From Cyanophora paradoxa CCMP329 (lineage: Eukaryota; Plantae; Glaucophyta): 64,000 bases of DNA. The stretch lies in assembly GCA_004431415.1 (NCBI GenBank), contig QPMI01000575.1:5894-69893 (forward strand). Direction: 5' to 3'. Of this stretch, positions 1-12,917 are shown piece by piece. Numbering within the stretch: the first letter of the stretch is position 1; each line of letters opens with the position of its first letter. Both the position numbers and the translations under genes were made by a program. The notes beneath the pieces were generated by a model. That model was not told the DNA's origin. It saw only the letters and a list, made by a program, of their open reading frames with translations, and did no database searches.

Positions 1-3000
1 GCATCGCTCGAAAAGAGCTATCCGCAGAAGCATTAAGATGGAGACTGGGCCGCGGAACTGCAGAGCCCGCTGTGCTATTTGTGGCCGGAAAGTCGATGCT
101 GGAGATTGAGCTCCTCGTATCATTAGTGCGCTTATCAATAGCGCCAGTATCGAAAATCGGCCTGCAGCTAGCATCGCTCGAAAAGAGCTATCCGCAGAAG
201 CATTAAGATGGAGACTGGGCCGCGGACCTGCAGAGCCCGCCGTGCTATTTGTGCCGGAAAGTCGATGTTGGAGATTGAGCTCCTCGTATCATTAGTGCGC
301 TTATCAATAGCGCCAGTTTCGAAAATCGGCCTGCAGCTAGCATCGTTCGAAAGAGCTATCCGCAGAAGCATTAAGATGGAGACTGGGCCGCGGACCTGCA
401 GAGCCCGCCGTGCTATTTGTGGCCGGAAAATCGATGTTGGAGATTGAGCTCCTCGTATCATTAGTGCGCTTATCAATAGCGCCAGTTTCGAAAATCGGCC
501 TGCAGCTAGCATCGTTCGAAAAGAGCTATCCGCAGAAGCATTAAGATGGAGACTGGGCCGCGGACCTGCAGAGCCCGCCGTGCTTTTTGTGGCCGGAAAG
601 TCGATGCTGGAGATTGAGCTCCTCGTATCATGGGCACACTTATCAATAGCGGCAGTTTCGAAAATCGGCCTGCAGCTAGCATCGTTCGAAAAGAGCTATC
701 CGCAGAAGCATTAAGATGGAGACTGGGCCGCGGACCTGCAGAGCCCGCTGCCGCTTTGCAATTCGTGGTCGGAACGTGGATATCGATGTTGGAGATTGAG
801 CTCCTCATATCATTAGTGCGCTTATCAATAGCGCCAGTTTCGAAATCGGCCTGCAGCTAGCATCGTTCGAAAAGAGCTATCCGCAGAAGCATTAAGATGG
901 AGACTGGGCCGCGGACCTGCAGAGCCAGCCGTGCTATTTGTGGCCTGAAAGTCGATGCTGGAGATTGAGCTCCTCGTATCATGGGCACACTTATCAATAG
1001 CGGCAGTTTCGAAAATCGGCCTGCAGCTAGCATCGTTCGAAAAGAGCTATCCGCAGAAGCATTAAGATGGAGACTGGGCCGCGGACCTGCAGAGCCCGCC
1101 GTGCGTTTTGTGGCCGGAAAGTCGATGTTGGAGATTGAGCTCCTCATATCATTAGTGCGCTTATCAATAGCGCCAGTTTCGAAAATCGGCCTGCAGCTAG
1201 CATCGTTCGAAAAGAGCTATCCGCAGAAGCATTAAGATGGAGACTGGGCCGCGGACCTGCAGAGCCCGCCGTGCTTTTTGTGGCCGGAAAGTCGATGCTG
1301 GAGATTGAGCTCCTCGTATCATTAGTGCGCTTATCAATAGCGCCAGTTTCGAAAATCGGCCTGCAGCTAGCATCGCTCGAAAAGAGCTATCCGCAGAAGC
1401 ATTAAGATGGAGACTGGGCCGCGGACCTGCAGAGCCCGCCGTGCTTTTTGTGGCCGGAAAGTCGATGCTGGAGATTGAGCTCCTCGTATCATGGGCACAC
1501 TTATCAATAGCGGCAGTTTCGAAAATCGGCCTGCAGCTAGCATCGTTCGAAAAGCGCTATCCGCAGAAGCATTAAGATGGAGACTGGGCCGCGGACCTGC
1601 AGAGCCAGCCGTGCTATTTGTGGCCTGAAAGTCGATGCTGGAGATTGAGCTCCTCGTATTATGGGCGCTGATCAATAGCGGCAGTTTCGAAACTCGGCCT
1701 GCAGGTAGCATCGCTCGAAAAGAGCTATCCGCAGAAGCATTAAGATGGAGACTGGCCGCGGACCTGCAGAGCCCGCCGTGCTATTTGTGGCCGGAAAGTC
1801 GATGTTGGAGATTGAGCCCTCGTATCATTAGTGCGCTTATCAATAGCGCCAGTTTCGAAAATCGGCCTGCAGCTAGCATCGTTCGAAAAGAGCTATCCGC
1901 AGAAGCATTAAGATGGAGACTGGGCCGCGGACCTGCAGAGCCCGCCGTGCTATTTGTGGCCGGAAAGTCGATGCTGGAGATTGAGCTCCTCGTATCATGC
2001 ATATGGGCACACTTATCAATAGCGGCAGTTTCGAAAATCGGCCTGCAGCTAGCATCGTTCGAAAAGAGCTATCCGCAGAAGGATTAAGATGGAGACTGGG
2101 CCGCGGACCTGCAGAGCCCGCCGTGCTATTTGTGACCGGAAAGTCGATGCTGGAGATTGAGCTCCTCGGATCATTAGTGCGCTTATCAATAGCGCCAGTT
2201 TCGAAAATCGGCCTGCAGCTAGCATCGTTCGAAAAGAGCTATCCGCAGAAGCATTAAGATGGAGACTGGGCCGCGGACCTGCAGAGCCCGCCGTGCTTTT
2301 TGTGGCCGGAAAGTCGATGCTGGAGATTGAGCTCCTCGTATCATGGGCACACTTATCAATAGCGGCAGTTACGAAAATCGGCCTGCAGCTAGCATCGTTC
2401 GAAAAGAGCTATCCGCAGAAGCATTAAGATGGAGACTGGGCCGCGGAACTGCAGAGCCGCTGCCGCTTTGCAATTCGTGGTCGGAACGTGGATATCGATG
2501 TTGGAGATTGAGCTCCTCGTATCATTAGTGCGCTTATCAATAGCGCCAGTTTCGAAAATCGGCCTGCAGCTAGCATCGCTCGAAAAGAGCTATCCGCAGA
2601 AGCATTAAGATGGAGACTGGGCCGCGGACCTGCAGAGCCCGCCGTGCTTTTTGTGGCCGGAAAGTCGATGCTGGAGATTGAGCTCCTCGGATCATGGGTA
2701 CACTTATCAATAGCGCCAGTTTCGAAAATCGGCCTGCAGCTAGCATCGTTCGAAAAGAGCTATCCGCAGAAGCATTAAGATGGAGACTGGGCCGCGGACC
2801 TGCAGAGCCCGCCGTGCTATTTGTGACTGGAAAATCGATGTTGGAGATTGATCTCCTCGTATTATGGGCGCTTATCAATAGCGGCAGTTTCGAAAATCGG
2901 CCTGCAGCTAGCATCGTTCGAAAAGAGCTATCCGCAGAAGCATTAAGATGGAGACTGGGCCGCGGACCTGCAGAGCCCGCCGTGCTATTTGTGACCGGAA

Positions 3001-5482
3001 AGTCGATGCTGGAGATTGAGCTCCTCGGATCATTAGTGCGCTTATCAATAGCGCCAGTTTCGAAAATCGGCCTGCAGCTAGCATCGTTCGAAAGAGCTAT
3101 CCGCAGAAGCATTAAAATGGAGACTGGGCGCGGACCTGCAGAGCCCGCCGTGCGTTTTGTGGCCGGAAAGTCGATGTTGTAGATTGAGCTCTTCGTATCA
3201 TTAGTGCTCTTATCAATAGCGCCAGTTTCGAAAATCGGCCTGCAGCTAGCATCGTTCGAAAAGAGCTATCCGCAGAAGCATTAAGATGGAGACTGGGCCG
3301 CGGACCTGCAGAGCCCGCCGTGCTTTTTGTGGCCGGAAAGTCGATGCTGGAGATTGAGCTCCTCGTATCATGGGCACACTTATCAATAGCGGCAGTTTCG
3401 AAAATCGGCCTGCAGCTAGCATCGTTCGAAAAGAGCTATCCGCAGAAGCATTAAGATGGAGACTGGGCCGCGGAACTGCAGAGCCCGCTGCCGCTTTGCA
3501 ATTCGTGGTCGGAACGTGGATATCGATGTTGGAGATTGAGCTCCTCGTATCATTAAATATTAGTGCGCTTACCAATAGCGCCAGTTTCGAAAATCGGCCT
3601 GCAGCTAGCATCGTTCGAAAAGAGCTATCCGCAGAAGCATTAAGATGGAGACTGGGCCGCGGACCTGCAGAGCCCGCCGTGCTATTTGTGACCGGAAAGT
3701 CGATGCTGGAGATTGAGCTCCTCGGATCATTAGTGCGCTTATCAATAGCGCCAGTTTCGAAAATCGGCCTGCAGCTAGCATCGTTCGAAAAGAGCTATCC
3801 GCAGAAGCATTAAGATGGAGACTGGGCCGCGGACCTGCAGAGCCCGCCGTGCTTTTTGTGGCCGGAAAGTCGATGCTGGAGATTGAGCTCCTCGTATCAT
3901 GGGCACACTTATCAATAGCGGCAGTTTCGAAAATCGGCCTGCAGCTAGCATCGTTCGAAAAGAGCTATCCGCAGAAGCATTAAGATGGAGACTGGGCCGC
4001 GGAACTGCAGATCCCGCTGCCGCTTTGCAATTCGTGGTCGGAACGTGGATATCGATGTTGGAGATTGAGCTCCTCGTATCATTAGTGCGCTTATCAATAG
4101 CGCCAGTTTCGAAAATCGGCCTGCAGCTAGCATCGTTCGAAAAGAGCTATCCGCAGAAGCATTAAGATGGAGACTGGGCCGCGGACCTGCAGAGCCCGCC
4201 GTGCTATTTGTGGCCGGAACGTTGATATCGATGTTGGAGATTGAGCTCCTCGTATCATTAGTGCTCTTATCAATAGCGCCAGTTTCGAAAATCGGCCTGC
4301 AGCTAGCATCGCTCGAAAAGAGCTATCCGCAGAAGCATTAAGATGGAGACTGGGCCGCGGACCTGCAGAGCCCGCCGTGCTATTTGTGACCGGAAAGTCG
4401 ATGCTGGAGATTGAGCTCCTCGGATCATTAGTGCGCTTATCAATAGCGCCAGTTTCGAAAATCGGCCTGCAGCTAGCATCGTTCGAAAAGAGCTATCCGC
4501 AGAAGCATTAAGATGGAGACTGGGCCGCGGACCTGCAGAGCCCGCCGTGCTATTTGTGGCCGGAAAGTCGATGCTGGAGATTGAGCTCCTCGTATCATGG
4601 GCACACTTATCAATAGCGGCAGTTTCGAAAATCGGCCTGCAGCTAGCATCGTTCGAAAAGAGCTATCCGCAGAAGCATTAAGATGGAGACTGGGCCGCGG
4701 AACTGCAGATCCCGCTGCCGCTTTGCAATTCGTGGTCGGAACGTGGATATCGATGTTGGAGATTGAGCTCCTCGTATCATTCAATGATTAGTGCGCTTAT
4801 CAATAGCGCCAGTTTCGAAAATCGGCCTGCAGCTAGCATCGTTCGAAAAGAGCTATCCGCAGAAGCATTAAGATGGAGACTGGGCCGCGGACCTGCAGAG
4901 CCCGCCGTGCTATTTGTGGCCGGAACGTTGATATCGATGTTGGAGATTGAGCTCCTCGTATCATTAGTGCGCTTATCAATAGCGCCAGTTTCGAAAATCG
5001 GCCTGCAGCTAGCATCGCTCGAAAAGAGCTATCCGCAGAAGCATTAAGATGGAGACTGGGCCGCGGACCTGCAGAGCCCGCCGTGCTATTTGTGACCGGA
5101 AAGTCGATGCTGGAGATTGAGCTCCTCGGATCATTAGTGCGCTTATCAATAGCGCCAGTCTCGAAAATCGGCCTGCAGCTAGCATCGTTCGAAAAGAGCT
5201 ATCCGCAGAAGCATTAAGATGGAGACTGGGCCGCGGACCTGCAGAGCCCGCCGTGCTTTTTGTGGCCGGAAAGTCGATGCTGGAGATTGAGCTCCTCGTA
5301 TCATGGGCACACTTATCAATAGCGGCAGTTTCGAAAATCGGCCTGCAGCTAGCATCGCTCGAAAAGAGCTATCCGCAGAAGCATTAAGATGGAGACTGGG
5401 CCGCGGACCTGCAGATCTTGAGCCCGCCGTGCTTTTTGTGGCCGGAAAGTCGATGCTGGAGATTGAGCTCCTTGTATTATGG
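1..5482. repeat. 170-bp tandem satellite array (~32 units; 176- and 180-bp variant monomers; truncated by the window start)
   Basis: The unit gcatcg(c/t)tcgaaaagagctatccgcagaagcattaagatggagactgggccgcgg recurs at 1, 171, ... The array decays at ~5480. The ORFs here are repeat artefacts. Confidence 0.97.
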
Positions 5483-7827
5483 AGTTCATGTTCAATTCAC
5501 GATGTGCACGTGTGCATGCTATTGAAGCATTACACACGTGCACACGCTAGAGCTCCAGACTTTGCTTCCGCAAGTTTACTCCGGTGACTTTGCTCCAGGG
5601 GGAGAAGCCAGGGAGGGGTACCGGTCTCGTCATGCACGATTGTGCGCAGCTCCTTTCGGGTGTCGCCCTGTGGTCGGAGAACTAGCTAGAGCGCGCGATC
5701 CAGCTAGCTAGAGACTTTAGCACCGCCAGCTACCTTGGCGGCGCTCGGTCTGAGCATTCGGTACGCAACCATATGCATTGGCAGACATCGGTCTCAAGAG
5801 CACCGATGTGGCAGCCGTACTTCGGTTGTAACGTAGCTGAAATCAATGCTTACCGCATTCGAAGCGCCGTGCGCTGCGTCCCAGCTCATAATGGTCGGGC
5901 CTGGGTGAAGTTGGCCGAGGTCGGGCCGCCCAACAACCTCCCCTTAAAAGCTGCAAATCGTCTCTAAACGACCTTTTAGAACACTTGAACCAGTCAAGGC
6001 AGCCCGCGTGCGTCGCTCTCTTGACGAGTTGTGCTCGCATCCACGCCGGACCACAGAAGCTACCGGGCCATCGGCGCTCAATGGATCCCGTGCACTTATG
6101 CCTAGCTAAGCACATTTAGCACGGCAGCAGTGCTTCCCCGCGCGGCTTTCCTAGGTGGGGTAAAGACAGGTGTGGTAAAGTCAGCCCTAACTGAGTGAAG
6201 TTGCAAGTTTACCATGTGGTAAACTTAATTCCTGGCTCCCAGTGTATTGTGAACTGCGGCTGAATTCGAAAATGAAGTTGTCGAATATTCTAATCATATT
6301 TTGCAAGCGGATCCGTCTTTTAGCAATTATATTTTGTGCGAACTGTCCTCTAGGAACTAGAAACGAAATGAAACACCTATGTCCAGACTTCGGTCAATCT
6401 AGATCACGATCAATAGACTTTGGCCCCGCTGTGCTGCACGTCATCGAGGCGCTTGGCCGGGGCGCCACCGAAGACGACGGCACCCGGCGCCTTGTTGACT
6501 TGGAACGTCTGCTCCGATCGGAGTCAGGCCTAGGCCTCGCGACCGATCAACAACTGCAAATCCAAAAATGCGTGCCTTGTCAACCGAGCGGGCGCCCATG
6601 ATCTGATCGATGACGTTTCCGATCTCAGGGGCCTTTTCGGCGCTGATCCAGTGGTTGCTCTCGGCGCCAGCCCGCTGGAAGCCGATTTTGAATGCGCTGG
6701 ACTCGTAGTGACCGCCGCCGCAGCAGATGCAACACGTGTCCTTCTCAGCGTGATCCACCTGCACACCGACGAATTCGATGTCATAACTGATCATGATTGT
6801 AATGCATACGCATGCGCACCGAGCGGTAAACAGAAAACCCGGTGAGGTCCTTCACGAAGTGCGTGATGCTCTCTGCGCCACGGAATTAAAGGATTGCATT
6901 CGAATTCGTTAACCGAACACGCGCACCATACTCCTCAGTCCACTGCTTCGCATGATCCGGGTTGATCGGCTCCATGGACTCGGTTGCATTCTTGTTCCCG
7001 AGACCAAACATCGCAAGTGGTGCCCTGCCGCGGTAACGGTGGCTCTCGTACCTGCCGAAAGTTGAAGGTCTCAACTTTCGCGTGCCACTGTGCAAGACTA
7101 TAGCGCTTACTTGATTCGAAGGTCCGTGACGATGAGGCGCGCTTCATCGGGTCTCGGCGCCGGCGGCTTGCACAGCCCGCAGCAGTCCAAACACGTTTCA
7201 GCTGGACGGTAGGGGATTTGCATCTGCAAATCGAGACATGTAAAGGGTTTGGGTCGAACAACCGAAATTCCAAAGATATACGTAAACGTGCCTCCCACTT
7301 CCCATAGAGCTCCTCATCTTTTATAAGATCCATGTCCCTGAAAACGGCGCCATCATCAAATGGCGCACGCCATCAACAACGTTCGACGCACTTCCATGCG
7401 AGTTGACGCGTGTTAACCTTGCTCTTGCCCATCTCTTCACAAGTTCAACAATGTGAGAAGCCTCCGAATTCGAAGCTGCACTACCGGCCGCGGCCGGGCG
7501 GGAATTTTCGAAGCTGTTGCTGTATACGTACGCGATATACGGTAGCCTACTAGGATAGTACGGTAGTTGCAACTTGCAATTGCAATTGCCGTCGCCGTGA
7601 CGTCGATTCGGCGAGCCTACCCGGTACTCGGCGAGCCTAGCTATATATATAGGCGGCCGGGCCTGACGCAGTGACTCACAGACTCACGTGTGCACACTGC
7701 ACAGTGATCACTGATCATGAGGGGTCGCACGACGTACTTTACTCATTCAAGAGTCCGACCGTCGGACCAACATTACATGGGTAACATGGCTAGTTGCACC
7801 GCGTTTCCCTGTGGAGTCGGTCGGGGC

Positions 7828-8229
7828 TAGGGTTGCCGTGTCCATGCCACTCCATGGACATGTCAGTCAACCCGGTGGACATGGACATTCGGACACGGAC
7901 ATGCCCGCCGACATGTCCGCGGACATTGAATATTTAATTAAATTAAATTATATAATATTAAATGCCAAAAGCTTAAGTGAGGCGGCGGGGCAGCTTTGGC
8001 GAGGTTCCCGCTGCCCTCCGCCTCTTTCCAAGCATCAGAGACGTGTTGCTAACTTTAGCAGTGTTCTGCTAACGTGTTTAGAGCACGTTTAGCACGCGTT
8101 TCAGCCGGTTTCGAGGGGTATCCCCCCTAATGTCCACGGACATGTCCACCCGGACCCACGGACATTGACATGACATGTCCGCGGACATGGACATGTCAAT
8201 GTCCGCGGACATCGGACACGGCAACCCTA
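7828..8229. mobile_element. hAT-family MITE (402 bp)
   Basis: TIRs TAGGGTTGCCGTGTCC / GGACACGGCAACCCTA; 8-bp TSD GTCGGGGC at 7820-7827 and 8230-8237; subterminal GGACAT/ATGTCC repeats. Confidence 0.92.
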
Positions 8230-8379
8230 GTCGGGGCCCCAGCTGCAGCAGACGGTACTACGGACTCTCTAGTACGGAGTCTACGGTACTACGGTATATG
8301 GTACGTGTATATGGTACTTTGATGCGCAGCGCCGCATGCGCAGACTCCGGCTCCGGCACTGACCGGCAGTGCCGGGGCC

Positions 8380-8892
8380 GCGGCCGCCAACTCGCGATCG
8401 GCGCCAACTAACGCCGCCAAGTTAACTTAGTACTAAGTTAGTACTACTTAGTAGTAGTAACTAGTAAGTTGCGGCGCCGGCGCCAACTTCGAGTCACTGA
8501 GAGTCAAGTCCCGGTCCGGATCCCTCACTGAGTCAATTCACATGCAATGCAAACCGCGTGACGGTGAGCCGGCCCGGCGGGTCAGGTGATCGACTTCCGG
8601 CAGTGCCGCGGCGCCGGCCCGGGCCGCGGCCGCCAAGTTGCCGAAGTTGCGCCAACTTGCAACTTGGCAACTCGGCGCCAAGTTAACTTAGTACTACGGT
8701 ACTAAGTTAGTAGTAGTAAGTTACTAGTAACTTAGTAAGTTGCGGCGCCGGCGCCAACTTCCGAAGTTCGAGTCAAGTCCCGGTCCGGACTCCGGACTCC
8801 GGACTCCGGGATCCCTCACTGAGTCAATTGCAATGCAAACCGCGTGACGGTGAGCCGGCCCGCCGGGCCGGCGGGTCAGGTGATCGACTTCC
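8380..8892. repeat. Degenerate tandem duplication of palindrome-rich DNA
   Basis: The block aagttaacttagtact...aagttgcggcgccggcgccaactt...gatccctcactgagtcaatt...gggtcaggtgatcgacttccg occurs twice (~8380-8600 and ~8620-8892). Confidence 0.7.
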
Positions 8893-8992
8893 GTAACGTA
8901 ACGGTAAGTTTCGTGCTGTACCAGCCTGTATATACGTACCGTAACGTACGTATACGTATACTCAGTATATGTATATACCGTCATGATCACTA

Positions 8993-9176
8993 CCGTAAAA
9001 CACAATAATATGACGGTCAAATTTATGTCGTTTTAAAACCCGACCCTTCTCTATGCGAAACATGATGTCCCCGTCGTTATATATGCATATGTCGTTATCT
9101 CCCGTCCGAGGCGAAATAATTTGGGGATGACATAATAAAGCTTTTTAAGTGCGTACCTTCATATTCTGTTTTACGG
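8993..9176. mobile_element. Tc1/mariner (CCGT-ended) MITE, 184 bp
   Basis: TIR CCGTAAAACA / TGTTTTACGG with TA on both sides; interior resembles 45755-46132 in inverted orientation. Confidence 0.7.
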
Positions 9177-10592
9177 TATATTACCGTAGTACCGTGTACG
9201 GTGTTATCATAGTATATTACTTCCAGACTAAAATAATACCAGTTACCAAGTTACGGTTACCGTATACCGTATACGTAGTTCACGTGCCGAGTCGTGCGAA
9301 TACACGCAGAAAGCACATGATATTACAGAATAGCCTAGTAGAGGTAGGCAAGCCTGTATTTGATGAATTTGTTTGGCCCGCGACCGTCGGACATGCGCTA
9401 GCCTAGTAGAAATGAGAAGCTAGTTTACGTCAAGCTTAATTATAAGAGGCCGCCTCTCCCCCCCTCGGCTCGAGCCCTGGCTGGCCGGCTCGACCTAGCT
9501 CGCCCCTGGCTCGAGCCAGCCGCTGAGCCCTCCCCTCCGAGGCTCTCCGAATATTTCCGATGTGACACGTGCACTGTACATGTGACAGCCTACCGCAGCC
9601 GAGGTCCGCAAGTAAGTTAATGAGGCTGTGGCCGGATTCACCAACAAAAAAACGTTTAATGCGACGTCGACATGAAGAAATTAATTACATAATGCGGTTA
9701 TATATATTAATTAGCTCGACCCGGACGGTGGCCGGACCCCGGCCGCGAAATGGCCCTAATTGTGACATTGCAATTGATGCGGCACAAAATTATATAAAAA
9801 ATGCGTTTTGAAGCTTTTCGCATAGCGTATACCGTATACCGTATACGTACGTAGGTAGTAGACTACTAGTACTAGTAGTTCGGAAGCTGCAGCTGGGCCC
9901 TCGGGGGGTACAAACAGTAGTTTATGAGCGTTTTGAAAGCAATATTTTAATTAAGTATTATACTATGATACAAAATTAAGCTACTGGGCTATCGATCGCG
10001 ACGATATCTAGATCTGGGCTTGCGAAGACGTGAGTCACGTCACGATATCTCAGAGTCTGGGCTTGCGAAGTCACGTACGCGTGGCGTCGTCAATTGCAAG
10101 CGCCGCGCCGCGGCACGGCGCGGCGCCGCGGCGGGCCGGCGGCCCGGCGGCGTTCTAGCATGGAATGTGGAGACTTGCAATCGAGCTCGATTCCACGAAC
10201 AGTCACCAAGGCGATGAACTCAAAATTTTGACGCGGTTGCAAAAAATTGCCTATGTAACCGCGCGTCACTGCGGCGTCAGGACTCAGGAGTCAGGACCCC
10301 ATGGCCAGGGGCCCAATTGCAACGACCGAAGCGACCAAGTGCCAAAAAAATGATCATCGGATGTCATGGGCCTCATCATCGGCCCTCATGGCCCCTTCGG
10401 TCGTTAACAAGTGTCAATTTCAATTTCAATTTGTCCATTCATGCATCGCGTTAATTCGCTACCGATTCATGCATCGCATTTATATATTTTACCGGTCTCG
10501 CGACCGATACTGGAAGTCGGGTAATATTTAAGACGCCTTCGAATCCCGCCCGGCCCGTTTCAGAATCTCATTCGATCATGCCCTACGTATAC

Positions 10593-11067
10593 TGTGCCGT
10601 CACGTCTCGCACGTCTAGGGGAGAGACGTAGACCCACACCGCGTACAACAGTGTACGGACCTGCGATGCACTCGACTGTAGGCCAGCCCGAGTCCCAGGC
10701 AGCCCGTAGCTATGAGATTGCAAGCCGCAGTGCTAGTATTAATTACAGCTGCTACGTAAGCCCAAGTTACTTAGTTAACGCTGTACCAAGCTCGATTAAT
10801 TGGTAATCACAAGTCTGCCCGAGTCCACTAGACTCTGACTATTTACGGGGCTAAGCCACCGCGTGCCACGTCGGCTCAGGCCCTGGCCACGTCGGCTCGG
10901 GCCCTTCAGCGCCACGTCGGCTCGGGCCCTTGAGCGCCGCCGTGCACGTGTCGGGCCGGGGGCCCCTCCGGGACCGGGTACGCCGCGCCCGGCGGCCGGC
11001 ACCCCCTCGAGGCCCGCGGCGGGTACGCCCCCACGTTGATCGCGAACTCGCGATCGCGCCCGCGACA
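10593..11067 (-). repeat. 3' LTR (475 bp)
   Basis: tgtgccgtca...cgcgaca, matches 44972-45446. Confidence 0.93.
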
Positions 11068-11537
11068 TTCGCCGCAGCACAAGAAAGCCGTCCTCGGCGT
11101 CCATCCCGCGACGTTCGCCGCAGCAAATCGAAAGTCCCCGAATATTTACATATCCACAATTCAGAAGGGTGAGCTGCCGAACAACGACATCGACCGGCTC
11201 CGTCCCTTCGCAACTCGCAGTTGACGTCGGCCCCGCAGCCGCCGCTGCCCCTCGACGTCTTGCGAGTCTGGCCCCTCCGGCCTGCGGCTGGATCTGTAGA
11301 CGGCGAGAAAAGAGGGAGTCCTGTGCTGCAGAACGCGGACGCCGCCGCGACGAGCACTTCCAAAATTTCCGCTCTTGTTCTCAAATCCGCCTGACGAGAT
11401 TCTCCGCCCATTTTCGACCCCAGAATAAAATTAGCGGCCGGACGCACAGCTAAATTGACGGTTGCTGTGGGTCCGCCGGCGGTAGGTGCACTTGCACATC
11501 GAGTCCGAAGACCGAGAATGTCCGCCGAGGTTGCTCA

Positions 11538-11820
11538 ACACATAGTAAAATGCGGAGTTTTAACCCTCGGCTTATCTTAATTGATTTTGTTGATATATCT
11601 CGTATATTCTATTTCAATCAATCGATAATCTGTGTATATCTTATCGAATAGTCATTTATTTCGATTATTTTGTATTCTTTTCGATATTTTATCGTAAATT
11701 TCTCTTATTTTCCGATTAGTCTTACTGAGTCTATCGATAATCTGTATATATTTCCGAATATTATAACTGAATCTCAATTAGATCTTGCCTCTGGTTAAAA
11801 CTCCGCATTTTACTATGTGT
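11538..11820. repeat. Left terminal 283-bp cassette bounded by perfect 28-bp inverted repeats
   Basis: acacatagtaaaatgcggagttttaacc (11538-11565) vs ggttaaaactccgcattttactatgtgt (11793-11820). Confidence 0.92.
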
Positions 11821-12532
11821 GATTGGTCTGTTTGTTAATTGATTTAATCGATATTATATTCATGTACTTTCTCGATTAAATTTAATTAAATTTAATTCAT
11901 TTAATCGGAAATATATCGCTAAACTCGATTAAGATCCATAAATGATTCATTTGTTAAATAAAACAAATCGATCTCTTATTGAATCCAATCGTAATTATAC
12001 ATGAAACTTATATGTTTTTATCATGTTTTAATGATTCTAAGGGGGGACCCTTAGGATTTTTGAAATAATTGGGTGTGACACATACCATATTCAGTAAGGA
12101 CCTCTTATATTGTGAAAATCTCAGTGTTAGTTGTGTAGTTGATTCAAAAAATGCATTTTATACTCTGATTCATTGTTATTTCCTGTGAAATTTGAGTCAA
12201 CTCAACCCACTTAGTCAACCCTTGTATTGAATTCGTAACAAAATCCATATACTATTACTACTTTTACGATTAATATGAGTCAACCTTGAGTCCACTTTAA
12301 TAATAGGGGGAATCTTGGGGAGATGTCATTGTAGAAAGCTATTGTAGTAAAATGATATATTATGTCCTTTTGTTACAATAGCTGATCAATGTTATTGTTA
12401 GAAAACAAAGGAATCCTTTCACTGGGATTTTGTTTTTTACGGTTATAAAATTGTATCTGTGGTGCATTTTGTCGAATTGCTTGTATTAAACTGTTTTGCT
12501 CTTCTATGTATTCGATCGTACTTTTATGTGAA

Positions 12533-12840
12533 GGTTACATTAATGTTTAAAAAGTTACATGGAGTTACGTGATGGGTTACGTAGATATTTTACGATTACT
12601 AAGACCATTCTCAGTGTTAAAATGGTTGATTTATCGCTATTTTGTCACTGTGAGTTACGGTTACGCAACTTTTTGAATTCTTTCTGAAAATTTGGCTGGG
12701 GGTCTTTTTATAGGTGAAGGTCTAAAACTTGCGTAACCACGTAACTTGCGTAACCTCTACGACATTATGGTGTCATTTCTCTATACTTTTAGGTTACGTA
12801 ACGTTTTTACTTACGTAACTTGTGTAACCTTAACGTAACC
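12533..12840. promoter_or_regulatory. GTTAC/GTAAC iteron module 1 (putative replication origin; copies at ~21092-21400 and ~40709-41017)
   Basis: GTTAC repeats on the left and GTAAC repeats on the right of a conserved A/T-tract core. Confidence 0.65.
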
Positions 12841-12917
12841 TTGTTATTCTTACATTTAATCACTGTTATACTATGATATCATGATAACTAAAAATGATAC
12901 ATGATAATTGCTTATCT

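Noticed and set aside
1-5482. Dozens of 60-180 aa ORFs; possible CRISPR array or CENP-B box
   Set aside because: The ORFs are translations of the 170-bp satellite. There are no unique spacers, and ttcgaaaatcgg does not fit the CENP-B box spacing.
5560-7620. Possible degenerate gene or transposase fragments (minus-strand ORFs 6441-7333)
   Set aside because: No recognisable motif, TIR or TSD was found, so no product can be supported.
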